Source of the DNA: Candidatus Bathyarchaeota archaeon
GTDB lineage: Archaea; Thermoproteota; Bathyarchaeia; 40CM-2-53-6; RBG-13-38-9
Assembly: GCA_963807605.1 (NCBI GenBank)
Contig: CAWECG010000001.1
Location: 352,001-416,000 of the forward strand
Reading direction: 5' to 3'
DNA: 64,000 nt
Below the pieces are notes generated by a model. The model saw only the letters and a program-made list of their open reading frames with translations. It did no database searches and was not told the DNA's origin. Below, one piece after another: positions 41,919 to 53,566 of this stretch. Within the stretch, counting starts at the first letter, position 1. Every line of letters starts with the position of its first letter. The position numbers were made by a program, and so were the translations under genes.

Positions 41919-42641
41919 TCATCGTAGGACCCGTTTTTCCTTCCGATCTCTCGATGGATCTTGCGGTTCTGTTAAGCTCGTGGAGGTTGCTTTTCGCTGT
42001 TGTGTCGGGTGCTCATGCCTGAACCTTGGGATGAATCGTGGGGTTCGTTTCATGTATTCACGATATTCGTCGCCGAACCTATCAATCAGCATAAGCTCCT
42101 CCTTACCTATCTGCGCGTAGATTATCGTGATTAGGACAAGTGCAGGCAAAAGGATAAGCCAATTAGCGGCCACAAGCGCCAAGGCCATTATGAATGTGAA
42201 GGCCCCCAAATAAATCGGATTCCTAACATAGCGGTACGGCCCGCTCGTAACCAGTGTCTCCTTCTTTCTCCGCAGGAACTTTGACGGGTCTAGGGTGTGA
42301 ACCCAATTCTTACCAAGCGTCCGATAACCCCAAAGCGTGAATGGAATGCTCAGAGCGGTTACACCGACCATGATTAACCGGAACCAATCAGGCAACGGAA
42401 TCGAGAGAAACACTATCCAACTGGGAAGTATGGCGTAGAGTATTATTCCTCCAAACCAGAAGGGAGCAAACAAGGCAAGGGCTACGATATGCAACTGTCC
42501 TTCATGTCGAGCCGTCTGGTCAATCGATGATTTACTCGTAGACTCCCTTGATGAGTATCTTATCCATGTTATGTTAGCAATGAAGATAAGCCATAGAGTA
42601 GAGAAGATAACTCTGAAAAACAGTTCATTTGTCACGTTCAC
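41919..42641 (-). CDS. Isoprenylcysteine carboxylmethyltransferase/PEMT family membrane protein
   Basis: LVTSGPYRYVRNPIY, EE..L..RFG.EY..Y. Confidence 0.9.
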   Translation of the reverse strand: MNVTNELFFRVIFSTLWLIFIANITWIRYSSRESTSKSSIDQTARHEGQLHIVALALFAPFWFGGIILYAILPSWIVFLSIPLPDWFRLIMVGVTALSIPFTLWGYRTLGKNWVHTLDPSKFLRRKKETLVTSGPYRYVRNPIYLGAFTFIMALALVAANWLILLPALVLITIIYAQIGKEELMLIDRFGDEYREYMKRTPRFIPRFRHEHPTQQRKATSTSLTEPQDPSRDRKEKRVLR

Positions 42642-42763
42642 GACCCCCCATTATCTCAACCACCATCCTTGAGTTCAACCTATCTCAACCTACGTGCTCT
42701 TGCAATCACCCGAAGATTAACAAGGATGAGCAGCACCCGTCAACTTAACGGAACCTGCCCTGC

Positions 42764-42806
42764 GGTTCTGTCAAGTCTATGTTGGACTTTCAATTCTACC
42801 ATAGAT
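42764..42806 (+). repeat. 43-bp repeat, probable solo IS end (second copy 49466-49508)
   Basis: GGTTCTGTCAAGTCT..; 40/43 identical. Confidence 0.6.
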
Positions 42807-42907
42807 TTAGGGTGTCGGAATATTCAGACTTTACATTCAGGATGCCAATTCGCTTAGGTTTTAAAGTCTTGAATTTTAGGTTGTCTAGGGTCTAAGATTA
42901 TGAATCG

Positions 42908-43077
<170 letters not shown>

Positions 43078-43093
<16 letters not shown>

Positions 43094-44319
43094 CACGCTG
43101 AACGTGGAGTGCGCCTTGAGTATCGATGAGGTCTTCTTTCGAAAGCGTGTCGAGTTTCATCGCTGGATCTGCTCGATCCTTCTCTCCTAGCAGTGAATGC
43201 GTCCGGGCCAGAGCTGAAGTTAAGTCGCTCAATCCGGTCGTCTGCCATCGATTGTATTGCCCGAAAGTCGACATTTTGCTCCGCGGATACTATCGTCACT
43301 GCGGTTCCCGTCTTGCCAGCTCGTCCGGTTCGACCAATCCTGTGGAAGTAAGTATACGGATTCTCAGGAACGTCATAGTTGATAATGTGTGTAACTCCGT
43401 CAATATCCAAGCCTCTTCCGGCCAGGTCAGTGGCAACCAGTATACGACTCTGACCGCTTCGAAATGCCTTCATTGCTCTATCGCGTTGATGTTGGGTAAG
43501 GTCACCGTTTAGTGCTATGGCGTCTTGATTTCTTCTCCCGAGTGATTGGTTCAGCCAGAATGTGCTGCGTTTGGTTCGACAGAAAACTATGGCACGTTGT
43601 ACTTCTTTGTCCTGCAGGATTCTTAAGAGCGCATCAAGTTTTCTTTCATGATCCACTTGGCAGTAGTATTGGCTAATCTGCTTGACATTGAGATCCTCCG
43701 GTTCGATCAGGACTTCGCGAGGGTTCTTCATATGCCTACGGGCAAGTTTCAGTACTTCCTTGGGCATCGTAGCGGAGAAGAACGCGATTTGACGTTTACT
43801 CCTAGTCTTAGTTAGAATATGCTCAACGTCATCAATGAAACCCATGTCCAGCAACCTGTCAGCCTCATCCAGAACAACACACTGGACTTTTTCAAGGTGA
43901 AGGGATCCACGTTCTATATGGTCGATGACTCGTCCCGGTGTTCCAACTATGATCTGCGGGCAATCTTCTAAGGCGCGTATTTGCACATTAATTGATTGGC
44001 CACCATAGATTGCAAGAGCGTGCTTGCGAGTGAATCTGCCATACGAGTTGATATCGCTGGCTACTTGCACTGCAAGCTCGCGTGTCGGAACGAGCACCAG
44101 CGCCTGAATGTTCAGGTTCTTTTCGTCAACGATCTCCAAGAGCGGTAGGCCGAAGGCAGCGGTCTTTCCAGTTCCGGTATGTGCTTGACCAATGACATCG
44201 CTTCCGTGCCGCAGAAGCGGAATAATTGCTTCTTGGATCGGAAACTGTCTCTCGAATCCAAGTGCCTTGATAGCGTCCAATATTTCTGAGCTTAAGCCCA
44301 GTTTCTCGAAATTACTCAT
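43078..44319 (-). CDS. DEAD-box RNA helicase (CshA/DeaD-like), extreme C-terminus derived from repeat
   Basis: TGTGKT, PTRELA, DEAD, SAT, HRIGRTGR. Confidence 0.95.
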
Positions 44320-44949
44320 TGATTATCTCTCCTTATCCTCCATTAACGTCGCAGGTCTGAAATGAAGGCCGAAAACTGATTCCATCTCGGTCTTTGACCC
44401 ATTGTGGAAACGAGACTTCGGTTGTTTCCTCGGACTTCCGCGACTTCGGTCAGTTGCAACAAGAAGAAGAATATGCGGGCAATCGTTGTAAATGACTCGC
44501 GTCTCTCGTTCTCGACAACTAACTTCGTGTATTCTCGCCGTCGTTCTATATAAGGATAGAAAGACAAGTTTCGTGAGTAATCTTAGTTAGAAGATGAAAT
44601 CGTCTATCTTCTCAGCAACAGGAAATAGTACATCAGTTAACAGAATAATGTTCCACGGCACACTGTTTCCCGAATAGCTACCTGTTATTAAAGGAAAAAA
44701 GCCACGTTGGACTTGATGATGCGGACTGGCTGGTGTGACTCATGGAACCTGTCTGACCGGGCCTCCCCTTCTTATGTGTCAGTGATAAGAGTGTTTAGAG
44801 TATGAAACACATATTGGATCTTTTGATTTGATGGCACCTACAATTCGCAGCTTTTGCTCCTATTGTTCGGCACTGATGGATCCAACGAATCCTCGATAGC
44901 GGTTGCGGAACAGGGATCTTCATTGAACAGGTGGCAGGCAAAGTCGAGT

Positions 44950-45074
44950 TCGTCGTCGTCGCCATAGCTGGTGAGCACACACACGAAATCAATACCAAGC
45001 GGTTCAATTCTAGATGCTCTCACCAACTAAGATGGGATATAGATAACTGGCTGTTTTGTGTGGTCACGTGGATG
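44950..45074. repeat. Divergent pair of sites (core 44969-44975 on -, tRNA-like 45001-45025 on +) plus extension shared with 59278-59318
   Basis: Read directly from sequence. Confidence 0.88.
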
Positions 45075-45150
45075 CTGTTTTTTTGACGTGAACATCCACA
45101 TAGACATTTCTAGGAAGAAATTGGGTTTAGCGCGCGCAAAAACAGATGCT

Positions 45151-46251
45151 TCAGACAGTCCCCCAGGTGTGCTCGCAGTTGCAATAGCTTTTGCCGAAGT
45201 CATCGTTGCTTACCCTGCGAGTGCCGCTCTTGAATTCGAAATCCGTGACCCTTGCAGGGTACTCGTTGTACAATATTCCATGCCAAATCGGTCCTATGAG
45301 GGGTTGCGATATGTTCCAGCAGCACCTTGCATAGGTTGCCATCTCTATGCTGAGCTCGCCTTCATCGGAGAATGCGTTCACACTGAATATCGGCAGGTCA
45401 TTCTCGTAACGTTTAGTCATTCTAACATCCTCCATGAAATATTCCTTCCCCTCCTCAGGGTCGTAAAAGTTGAGAGTCTTTGAAACTATCTTTTCCCCCC
45501 AGTCCATCAGGCTTTTGTGTGATGTTGAGCGCCTGAGCATTGGTATTCCGATATGCGGCAGGAAGTACTGCAGGTAAGCACCATTATCCCACTGTACTGT
45601 ACCCCAGTACCAGCAGGGGGTTATCGAGGCTATCCGTACTTTCTGGAAATAAGACCTGCCCTTTACGGGAGTCTCGGTTTCGCCTACTCGGATTTTTCCA
45701 GATGACAAGAGCGCCCTGTATTTCAGCATAGAATACCCCATGTTTCCGATGAAGTTCTTTCCTGTTGGCATCAGTTCCGCCATCGTGTCTTTCCACCACT
45801 GCATCGATAGTTCGATTCCAACGTTCTCATTGTTTATGTCCAGCCAGAAATCCGCAGGGCTCCCACCGAAGGAATAGACGCCCTCATCGCTTTCCATTCT
45901 GATTCGTCCAGAGTGGTCATCCCACTCGGTTTCAGTCTTCCCGTGGTCGAGGACAAAAGGGTCATGCATCTTATCTCCGTCATAATACCAGGAGGCGACA
46001 ACTGATTCGAAAGCAGTGCGGTTTTCCTTGTTCTCCATTGGGATTCTTGGCTCCCAGTAAAAATCGTTCACACGAACCTTTCTGCAGTTCCTGGTGGCCC
46101 AAAGGACCATGAGCTGCCTGGGGTGTTCTTGGTTGTCTGGGTTTTCGAAAAAATAAATCCACCACCACCAGTGCCAAGTGCGGTTCCTAAGCATGTTTTC
46201 GGGATAAATCTTCCATATGTCATTGAAGACCTTATGCATGCGTAATCGCAA
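45151..46251 (-). CDS. Hypothetical Trp-rich protein, possibly tocopherol-cyclase/CrtC-like beta fold
   Basis: WHWWWWIYFF, GRSYFQKV, WYWG. Confidence 0.55.
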   Translation of the reverse strand: MRLRMHKVFNDIWKIYPENMLRNRTWHWWWWIYFFENPDNQEHPRQLMVLWATRNCRKVRVNDFYWEPRIPMENKENRTAFESVVASWYYDGDKMHDPFVLDHGKTETEWDDHSGRIRMESDEGVYSFGGSPADFWLDINNENVGIELSMQWWKDTMAELMPTGKNFIGNMGYSMLKYRALLSSGKIRVGETETPVKGRSYFQKVRIASITPCWYWGTVQWDNGAYLQYFLPHIGIPMLRRSTSHKSLMDWGEKIVSKTLNFYDPEEGKEYFMEDVRMTKRYENDLPIFSVNAFSDEGELSIEMATYARCCWNISQPLIGPIWHGILYNEYPARVTDFEFKSGTRRVSNDDFGKSYCNCEHTWGTV

Positions 46252-46628
46252 ATCATATAGCTTCCACTTGCACTAGACATTTTCCCCTTGCACAACGCTC
46301 GCGCTACACCACTTGATCACAACTTCATACTGCGCTAAACATAACACCCGTAGTCATGACTGTCATAGGACTATGAGCTGGTTACAATGCTACGCGCACG
46401 CGAAAAGAAGAGGATGCAACCATAAGCATCGACATTGATTTAGACGAGTTGATGAATTCAGTTAACGATGACCTATCGCTCAACCCGATGAGAACATTTG
46501 TTTTCTTACTGGAATCTGCTGGAAGCATAAAAGGCATCTAGAATATGCTAAGATTATTTACCGCATCATCAATCGAGCTTGGCCACACGTATCTGAAAAG
46601 GTGAAATAAATGACAGTGTGATAAACTG

Positions 46629-47681
46629 ATGATTCACCAATTCCACAAAAAGATATGGAAGGTCGGAGAAACCTATTCTCTGATTAGGAAACTTTCATGT
46701 ATAGACGGCTCAAACTTGGATGCGCCGGTCTTAGATAGAGTATTGTATAATGCTGAAACGCTGCCTCCTCTAGGAAAGGAATATTGGTGGCTTCACTTCA
46801 TCGGTCGCGATGGAGAGAGACCGATGCAGTTTATGTTACTGATATTCAGGAAACATGGAAGAAGGGTGCGGTTCAACGATAGGGAGATGGCGCTTAGGGA
46901 GTTAAAAGAAAACAAGTTTCAAGCAGTTACCGCTGGCTGGGTATATAATGGAGGCAAGCTTAGCGACTTAGGAGATACGAATGCCGTTACAGAGGTGGAT
47001 TCTGAAAGAAAGACGATAGTTTCAACTATTTCAGGGCGAAAAATGATGCTTAACGGCAGTTTTCCAAGTTATAGACTAAATGTGGATAACACCATTTACG
47101 TAGACATCGGTGAGTTAAATGGCATTGCGGACAAGGACGCCCACGGCGTCTTTATACCACCATTTGGCGTGGGTTGGGTGGATGTGTTTCTGGAAGCTCA
47201 AGGTTCTGTGCTGGGAAAACGATTCAGAGGGATAGCCCACTTACAGAAGGTCGTTGGGGTTACAACGTTCGGCTCCTTTCATTGGGGGAGAATAGTCTTT
47301 CAGAGGGGTTTTTCAATTTCGTTTTTCTGCCTAAAAGCTGGGAAGGATTCAAAGAGATATTTTCATAGATACATGAATTTTCAGGATTGTAAGAATAATA
47401 TGATTATCGAATTTGAGGATCCAAAACTGCAAATACAGAAGAAGGATGATGGAAAGCAATGGATTATTGAAGGATATGATGATGATAAAGAAGTTAGGAT
47501 AGTCTTGGCAAGTTATGCGAAGAAACGTTATATCATGAAGGGCGGAGGTTCACAAGTTTACATCGAGTATGCGGTTATAACTGAGGAATTTGATCTGGAA
47601 ACTGAAAATGAAGTTATCAGTTTAGACGATTTAGGGAAGGGCGTGGGGACATTTGAAGATGCATACGGTTCACCAATTTGA
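46629..47681 (+). CDS. Hypothetical protein, apparent distant paralogue of 45151-46251
   Basis: EYWWLHF, GIAHLQKV, FHWG, YIEY, FEDAYG. Confidence 0.55.
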   Translation: MIHQFHKKIWKVGETYSLIRKLSCIDGSNLDAPVLDRVLYNAETLPPLGKEYWWLHFIGRDGERPMQFMLLIFRKHGRRVRFNDREMALRELKENKFQAVTAGWVYNGGKLSDLGDTNAVTEVDSERKTIVSTISGRKMMLNGSFPSYRLNVDNTIYVDIGELNGIADKDAHGVFIPPFGVGWVDVFLEAQGSVLGKRFRGIAHLQKVVGVTTFGSFHWGRIVFQRGFSISFFCLKAGKDSKRYFHRYMNFQDCKNNMIIEFEDPKLQIQKKDDGKQWIIEGYDDDKEVRIVLASYAKKRYIMKGGGSQVYIEYAVITEEFDLETENEVISLDDLGKGVGTFEDAYGSPI

Positions 47682-48106
47682 AAGAGTGTAAAATTTGTCT
47701 AAAGAACCACGCACGTAACTGGTCAAGAGAAATTCACGCGCTCAATCTAGGAGCAAGCCATACCCTTGTCTAGGAGCTTTCAAGCAACAGCATTCCCAAT
47801 TGAATATCGATGTTTCAACCATAGGCGTCTTTCGCGTGGAAGTATGTAGTACCGGGCCCTCTCTCCAGATCCTTCACGTTGAACCATGCATTCAAAGCCC
47901 CTTAACGTCAAACCTATCGTTTTATTCGACGCGCTCGAATACGTGTCACCGAACGCCTCGAGACACTTTCTTACATCATGTATCTTGAACGGTTGCTTTA
48001 CTAGCGCGCGCTTGTTGGTTTTCGTGCGGGGTCTGTCGTTGGAAGTCTTTCGGAACAAACTGGTTCGGTGGCCCTGTGAGTTCAATCAAATCCCCTGCGA
48101 GTCCCG

Positions 48107-48220
48107 GTGTGTGTGCTCACCAAGGGATACTCCCAACATGAGGTGGTGGATAATAGTGTCGTCGTCACTCACCAGCTAGGCACACACACAAATCATAATC
48201 TAATGGCTCGCTACCCTCGC
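48107..48220 (+). repeat. Two tandem CTCACCA sites (48116-48122, 48168-48174) plus S-module
   Basis: GTGTGTGTGCTCACCAAGGGATAC; GTCGTCACTCACCAGCTAGGCACACACAC. Confidence 0.9.
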
Positions 48221-48350
48221 CAGCCATCTTACCCTTCTCCTAACATCACAAACAATTCTGACTGTCACATGTCAAATCAGACCGTAAGGATTTGCCGAGC
48301 ACATCTAGGGATTGAACTTCGATTTAGTTTAGGGCATAACTCATCGAAGC

Positions 48351-49408
48351 TTAACCAAGATCCTTTACGTATTGTGTGATTCTCCCGTCCAGAATTGCGA
48401 AGTGAGTCTCGTCAATCTTGCCTTTCTTGAGCATCTGAAGGACGTCATCCTTCATATGTCCAAGTTGACTCTTACACTCCTCACGATTCGAAGCATATTC
48501 ATTGTATGTAGAGTCAATCTTTGTCATATAGCTCGAAAGGAAACGCCGCTTTCGCGTCTTAAACAACCATCCTAAAACTACCGACCCTCCTGTCCCAGCT
48601 GCACCTAGGATCTGCTGTAGAGTGTTGAGCGGTATGAGGCCGCCGAGGACTCCTGGGGTTGTTTGACTACTCTCCGCTGCTTGGGTTGTTTGACTGCTCT
48701 CCGCTCCTGAGATGCTTGTTGTTTGGCGACGAGTTTCCAAGAAAAGTTGTTGTGAGATTGACCAACCGCTGAGAAGGTTACGTAGGCACGCCCGTCCTGC
48801 GTACTGATCTGGGGGGCGCTAGATGGCGAAGAAGTAACCGTAGCAGCGGAATATTCCACTGGAAGCCATAAATGATAGGTCTCCGGATGCGGCCCAGGAA
48901 ACAGCCTCTGCACATGAGTCCATTCCGCTTCGAGTTGATCGCCCACTATCCTTGGCATTTCTGAGTCAAGCCACTTTACGTAAAAAGCGAACCCATCCGA
49001 TTTGTTTCCGCCGAATGAAATCGAAAGAATGGTAGCCGTCTGATTCTTTACAATTCGGAAGTTCAGCGTTTGATTTGTGTCAGCAGCATAAGCTTGAACA
49101 TTATCTACTGCAGTGAAAGAAGGAAAGTTGAATTTCCAACCACTCCCGAAATTTGGTAGCTGTCGATCATATGGTGAATGATGAATTGTCACTCTAACTG
49201 TAATCCAAGTCTGTGTTCTTGAAAAGTCGAAAACCCAATCATACTCAGCCGGGCAGTTGCTTGATTGTGCATTAACGGAGGGAATCAGCATCAAACCCGC
49301 ACAAACAACGACAAGCAAAATGCACTTGTAACGAGAGACACCTCTGCTAAAAGCGCACAAGCCCAAAGACCTGAGAGGGTAAATCACACATTCCCAGTTT
49401 ATGAACAT
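48351..49408 (-). pseudogene. Membrane-anchored surface protein, frameshift near 48715
   Basis: Signal peptide and beta domain in one frame; ESSQTT linker, TM helix and basic tail in the next. Confidence 0.6.
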
Positions 49409-49465
49409 TCATGCTCGCCTCCCCTAACGGCTAGGGCGGGTACATGCTCACTGTGTAGCGCGCGT

Positions 49466-49508
49466 GGTTCTGTCAAGTCTGTGTTGGACTTTCTATTCTA
49501 CCCTAGAT
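49466..49508 (+). repeat. Second copy of the 43-bp probable IS end, immediately after a (GC)n run
   Basis: Matches 42764-42806. Confidence 0.6.
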
Positions 49509-50195
49509 CGATTGCCTACGGATGCCGTGCCCTAGTTAGCTTCTGGTGACTTACTTTTTTTCACATTCTTGTACATGGCTATTGGTTCTTTGATTCTCTA
49601 TCTTGGGAGATCAATCGTACTTTCATGGTTTGATGCTGTTTCTTATTTGGGTGAATCTCTCATTGGGCTTTCGGATCGTTTGATTATCTCGCTGTTCCAG
49701 ATCTTGGTTCTTGACTCTCTTTGATCATCTGCAGGGATCCGGTGTACCTAATGTTCTTCTCGGTATCTTAGGCTCCAGAGGATGAGTCGAGTGGCGCATT
49801 CATTCAACGTGGTATTTTACGTGTATTTCCCTTAGCATAACAGATCGATCGTCTACAGTCTCCGTAGTCGTTTTAGTGTCAACCACCGCTCCCTCAAAAG
49901 ACCCTAGAATAGCTCGAGAGAACGCACTGACTGTTTCTTCATCCGCAATCATGAGAAAGCGCATAGAAATAATAGTTCCTTCATGTATTAGTTCGAGTAG
50001 GCCTCGGCACCCATATTCATAGCGTTGATATAGCTTCCTTTTGAAAGAGAAGTACGGTCCCTCTACCTACGCATAGATCAGCTTTTCAAGAACACCGGGA
50101 ACACCAGTCTGCGCGAAAAACTCTAGCACCATACCTATCCATCCTAAGAAAAAAAGGAAAAAGAAAAGGGAAAAAGAGGAAAGGAGATCTGTGGT

Positions 50196-50935
50196 TTAGA
50201 GTGTAGACCACTTTGCCATTGGATATCTCACTGGCGCCTTCGCGACCTTGTCTGGGTAGACGCAGACTGGTTTACCATCCTGCCACTGCAGCGCTGACAT
50301 CTGGTGGCCGGTCTGCCAGCCAGTGACCGGATCGAATGCTATATCCCCGAAGAAACCAGTGAAGTTTACATTGCCGACAGTCTGTCTCATCGCGTCGGAG
50401 TCTAGTGGGTTACTGCATTTCTCCATCGCGGCTTGCAGGATGAGGCCTTGCGTGAAACCTGTCCCTGCCGGGTATCCTGGATTTGTAACGTTGTAGTCAT
50501 TCTTTAATTGTGTCATGAACCAGTCTTCTGTTGGTCCATAGTTGGATGGGTAGTCCTCTCCCGGAACCCACTGGGTTATAGAGACTATGTCTTCGCCGTA
50601 CTTGGGGCCGAGTCCGTCGTAGAACTGCTTGTAAACTCCGTAGGTACCGGGGTAGAATAGTTTCAGGTCTAGCCCGAGCTCGCGAACATTCTTTGCAGCC
50701 AGCGATGACTTAGAACTGGCTTCGAATAGGAGTATCGATGGATTGGCTTGCTTGACCCTTGTGAGTACCGGGGTGAAATCTGTTGAATCAAAAGCTACCT
50801 TCTCATAGTAGACTATGTTCAGTTGAGGCTGCTGCTTTGCCCACTGATAGCCATATGTTCCAGCTATGATTCCAAATCCATCATCGGTGTGGACTATCGC
50901 TATGTTCTTTGCATCTGGATCTTGGGGTATAATCT
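50196..50935 (-). pseudogene. C-terminal part of a branched-chain amino acid ABC substrate-binding protein
   Basis: KNIAIVHTDDGFG, DFTPVLTRVK, FTGFFG.I.FD, QWQDGK; begins at (GC)n run 50937-50945. Confidence 0.75.
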
Positions 50936-51206
50936 ACGCGCGCGCTTCTCCCTTCAACGCCTTCTTCTTGATCTTTGTGATATCTCGTGCCAGTGTGTAT
51001 TCACCGAGGGCTTTGATCCATTTTTCAAAATCATCCCTATTCATATGGAATTTGATGGATCTGATATCCACCTCGGCAAGGATTTTATAGAAGCTTTGTA
51101 GATCGGCGGCCAACTTGTCTGCGTAGACACCTACATCGGTGTAGAAGTAGAAAGGATTTGGAGTCGCAGTAGCAGCCTGAAGAGTTTCGCTTCTGTACAA
51201 GCTCAT
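50934..51206 (-). pseudogene. DUF5752-like protein truncated at a (GC)n run
   Basis: FYFYT..G, SIKFHM.R.DFEKWI; ends GEARA*. Confidence 0.65.
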
Positions 51207-51341
51207 TCACCACTAAGGTTCGGCAAGAACTCTCACTTAAGGATGAGTTAGTCACGAACGTTACTGACTGCCTGTGCTAGCTAAAAGCATGTGCGGAGAG
51301 TTATGATTGCTGGAGGCATTTTACTCGCTTGTTCTTGAAGA

Positions 51342-51842
51342 TTATTCTATGAAACGTCCATCATCCGTTGTCTTAGGAAGCTTGTCCAGTCTTCCCTCAA
51401 GCCATCCTATTCGGTCTGCCTTACGACAATCGAATTCTGGAACATAGGGTTTAATATCTAATAGGGGGGTCCCATCCACGATATCCACATCTTGAATGTG
51501 GAGCTCTGCCTTTTCAACTCCGACCAGACGTACTACAGAGATTCCGATTGGGTTTGGTCGAGCTGGTGCCCTTGTAGCAAAGACCCCGTGAAGCGGATCA
51601 TCAAGAAATGGTTTCACCTTTAAGGAAAATCTCTTGCATAGATGAAAATGATATAACAGAATAACATGTGAGAATCCCTCAAGATCCTTCAGCCCTTCAA
51701 CATACGGCGGAAACACCTCGACAGTCCCTTCAACGTTCTGAGCGGAAGCTGCCTGTATAGGCGTTCCATATGGTTCCTTAAACGGCGAGTGAATAATTCC
51801 TATCGGCCTGTAAATTATTTCGCTTTCGATCCGATTCCTCAA
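51342..51842 (-). CDS. tsaA: tRNA m6t6A37 methyltransferase TrmO/TsaA family
   Basis: PIGIIHSPF, GVFATRAP.RPNPIG, DGTPLLDIKPY. Confidence 0.9.
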   Translation of the reverse strand: MRNRIESEIIYRPIGIIHSPFKEPYGTPIQAASAQNVEGTVEVFPPYVEGLKDLEGFSHVILLYHFHLCKRFSLKVKPFLDDPLHGVFATRAPARPNPIGISVVRLVGVEKAELHIQDVDIVDGTPLLDIKPYVPEFDCRKADRIGWLEGRLDKLPKTTDDGRFIE

Positions 51843-52153
51843 TAGCCACGATTCCCCAAGCCTTGTGATTGATGCAAACTTGATGAGCCTGATATATTCC
51901 TATCTACGGATGGCCGGCATCAGTTCTCTGTTCGTGAGATGTGACTGCGAGGAATAGGGAGGGTTCCATTTCGACTGATAATACCTCTCGCTTAGATCTG
52001 TAATCTCCAACAATTCTTTTTTGTGACTCCGTCGGCAAGTCTTGATGTTGAGCATTCGATTCAATACAGCTTAAATTCGACTTCAACCATTACACGTATG
52101 TTTGGGTTCCTAACCCTTCATGCTCGGAAAGAATTCTTTCATGGTGGCTGATT

Positions 52154-52465
52154 ATGGCTGAACCTTCATGGACATTTGCAATAGAGGCTAAGTTGCTTCA
52201 AGAGAAGAGTATGCGAATTGCATTTCCCAAAGGGATATCGATCGTTCTCTTCAAGAAGGCTGGAGAAATCTATGCCCTATCGAATAAGTGTGCCCACATG
52301 GCCTGTCCGCTTGCAGCAGGCACCCTGGAAGAGTATACGATCAAATGTTCGTGCCACGATTGGAAATTCAACATAAGAACCGGCGAGTTTCTCGACGCAA
52401 AAGAGATCAAGATACCAAGTTATGAATGGAAATTAGAAGACGGGAAGATATTCGTAAAAATCTGA
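52154..52465 (+). CDS. Rieske 2Fe-2S ferredoxin
   Basis: CAH..CSCH. Confidence 0.88.
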   Translation: MAEPSWTFAIEAKLLQEKSMRIAFPKGISIVLFKKAGEIYALSNKCAHMACPLAAGTLEEYTIKCSCHDWKFNIRTGEFLDAKEIKIPSYEWKLEDGKIFVKI

Positions 52466-52477
52466 GGAGGTGCCATT

Positions 52478-52723
52478 GTGAAAAAAGTTAGAATGTACAC
52501 GCTGAGCACGTGCCCTTGGTGCAGGAAGACAAAGCAATTCTTCAAGGGTAAGAACGTCCCCTTCGAGTATGTGGACTATGACCTCGCAAGTGAGGAAGAA
52601 CAGGGTCGAATAATGGAAGAGATGAACAAGTACGGCGGCAGTGCCTTTCCGTTCGTAATGATCGGTGACGACGTCGTCGTAGGGTACAACCCTGAGAAGT
52701 ACTCAAAACTGCTAGGAGTATAG
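52478..52723 (+). CDS. Glutaredoxin/NrdH-like redoxin
   Basis: CPWC, cis-Pro loop AFP. Confidence 0.9.
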   Translation: MKKVRMYTLSTCPWCRKTKQFFKGKNVPFEYVDYDLASEEEQGRIMEEMNKYGGSAFPFVMIGDDVVVGYNPEKYSKLLGV

Positions 52724-52734
52724 AAGGGATACGC

Positions 52735-53082
52735 ATGAATGTGCAGGCGAGGAAGAAGGCCCTCCGATACTTCTTTCAAAAGGTCGTGGATCCTCTTGGC
52801 TACAAGTTCAGTCCTGATGAGGATCTGGTCGATTTTCTCCTAGAGCAGGAGGTTTTGCTGGAACAGAAACACGGGATCCCCTACTGCCCATGCCAGGGCC
52901 TTACGAAGAGCCGGGAAGAGAATATGAAGATAGTCTGCCCCTGCATACCCTTCCACAGAGAACACTTTGACGCCATGAGACGTTGCTGGTGTGGACTCTA
53001 CGTGCACAAAGACGTGACCAACCCCGACGAGCTTCGACAGATACCACTATACGAACTAAAAGGTGGTAAGAATGTTAGTTGA
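52735..53082 (+). CDS. Ferredoxin:thioredoxin reductase catalytic subunit-like
   Basis: YCPC..VCPC..CWCGLY. Confidence 0.88.
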   Translation: MNVQARKKALRYFFQKVVDPLGYKFSPDEDLVDFLLEQEVLLEQKHGIPYCPCQGLTKSREENMKIVCPCIPFHREHFDAMRRCWCGLYVHKDVTNPDELRQIPLYELKGGKNVS

Positions 53083-53467
53083 GGTAGCAAAGAAGAGTGA
53101 CATAGCTCCTGGTGGGATGAAAGCGGTTGAGGTTAATGGAAAAGAGATTGTTCTGTGCAACTGCGAATCCGATGGAAGAATATATGCTCTTGAACGAAGA
53201 TGTGGACATGAGAATGGCCCGCTTGAAATGGGAACTCTCGATGGGTACATCCTAACCTGCCCCATGCACAGCGTGCAGTTTGACATAGCCACAGGCGAAG
53301 CGCTGAGCAAACCAATCTATCACATCTCCAAAGACAAGCCTGAGAAAGAAGAGGAACCCGACACCTTCGCCCAGTATTTCAGTGAGCTCAGATCCCGTAT
53401 CAAGGTGCATGACTTGAAGACGTACCCTGTTAAGGTAGAAGGAGACTCGATAAAGGTCGAGGTCTAG
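53072..53467 (+). CDS. Rieske 2Fe-2S protein
   Basis: CGH..CPMH. Confidence 0.88.
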   Translation: MLVEVAKKSDIAPGGMKAVEVNGKEIVLCNCESDGRIYALERRCGHENGPLEMGTLDGYILTCPMHSVQFDIATGEALSKPIYHISKDKPEKEEEPDTFAQYFSELRSRIKVHDLKTYPVKVEGDSIKVEV

Positions 53468-53566
53468 GCGGAATACCCCACATATCCAGAATAGACGAAA
53501 ACGGAGTCCGGGGAGAGAGGCATTCCATTCTAAGGAGCCTTTTCCTACGGAAATATACGCTCTTGT

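Noticed and set aside
44420-44460. Hammerhead ribozyme in the helicase leader
   Set aside because: CTGACCGA has one extra base relative to CUGANGA, and the three stems cannot be formed convincingly.
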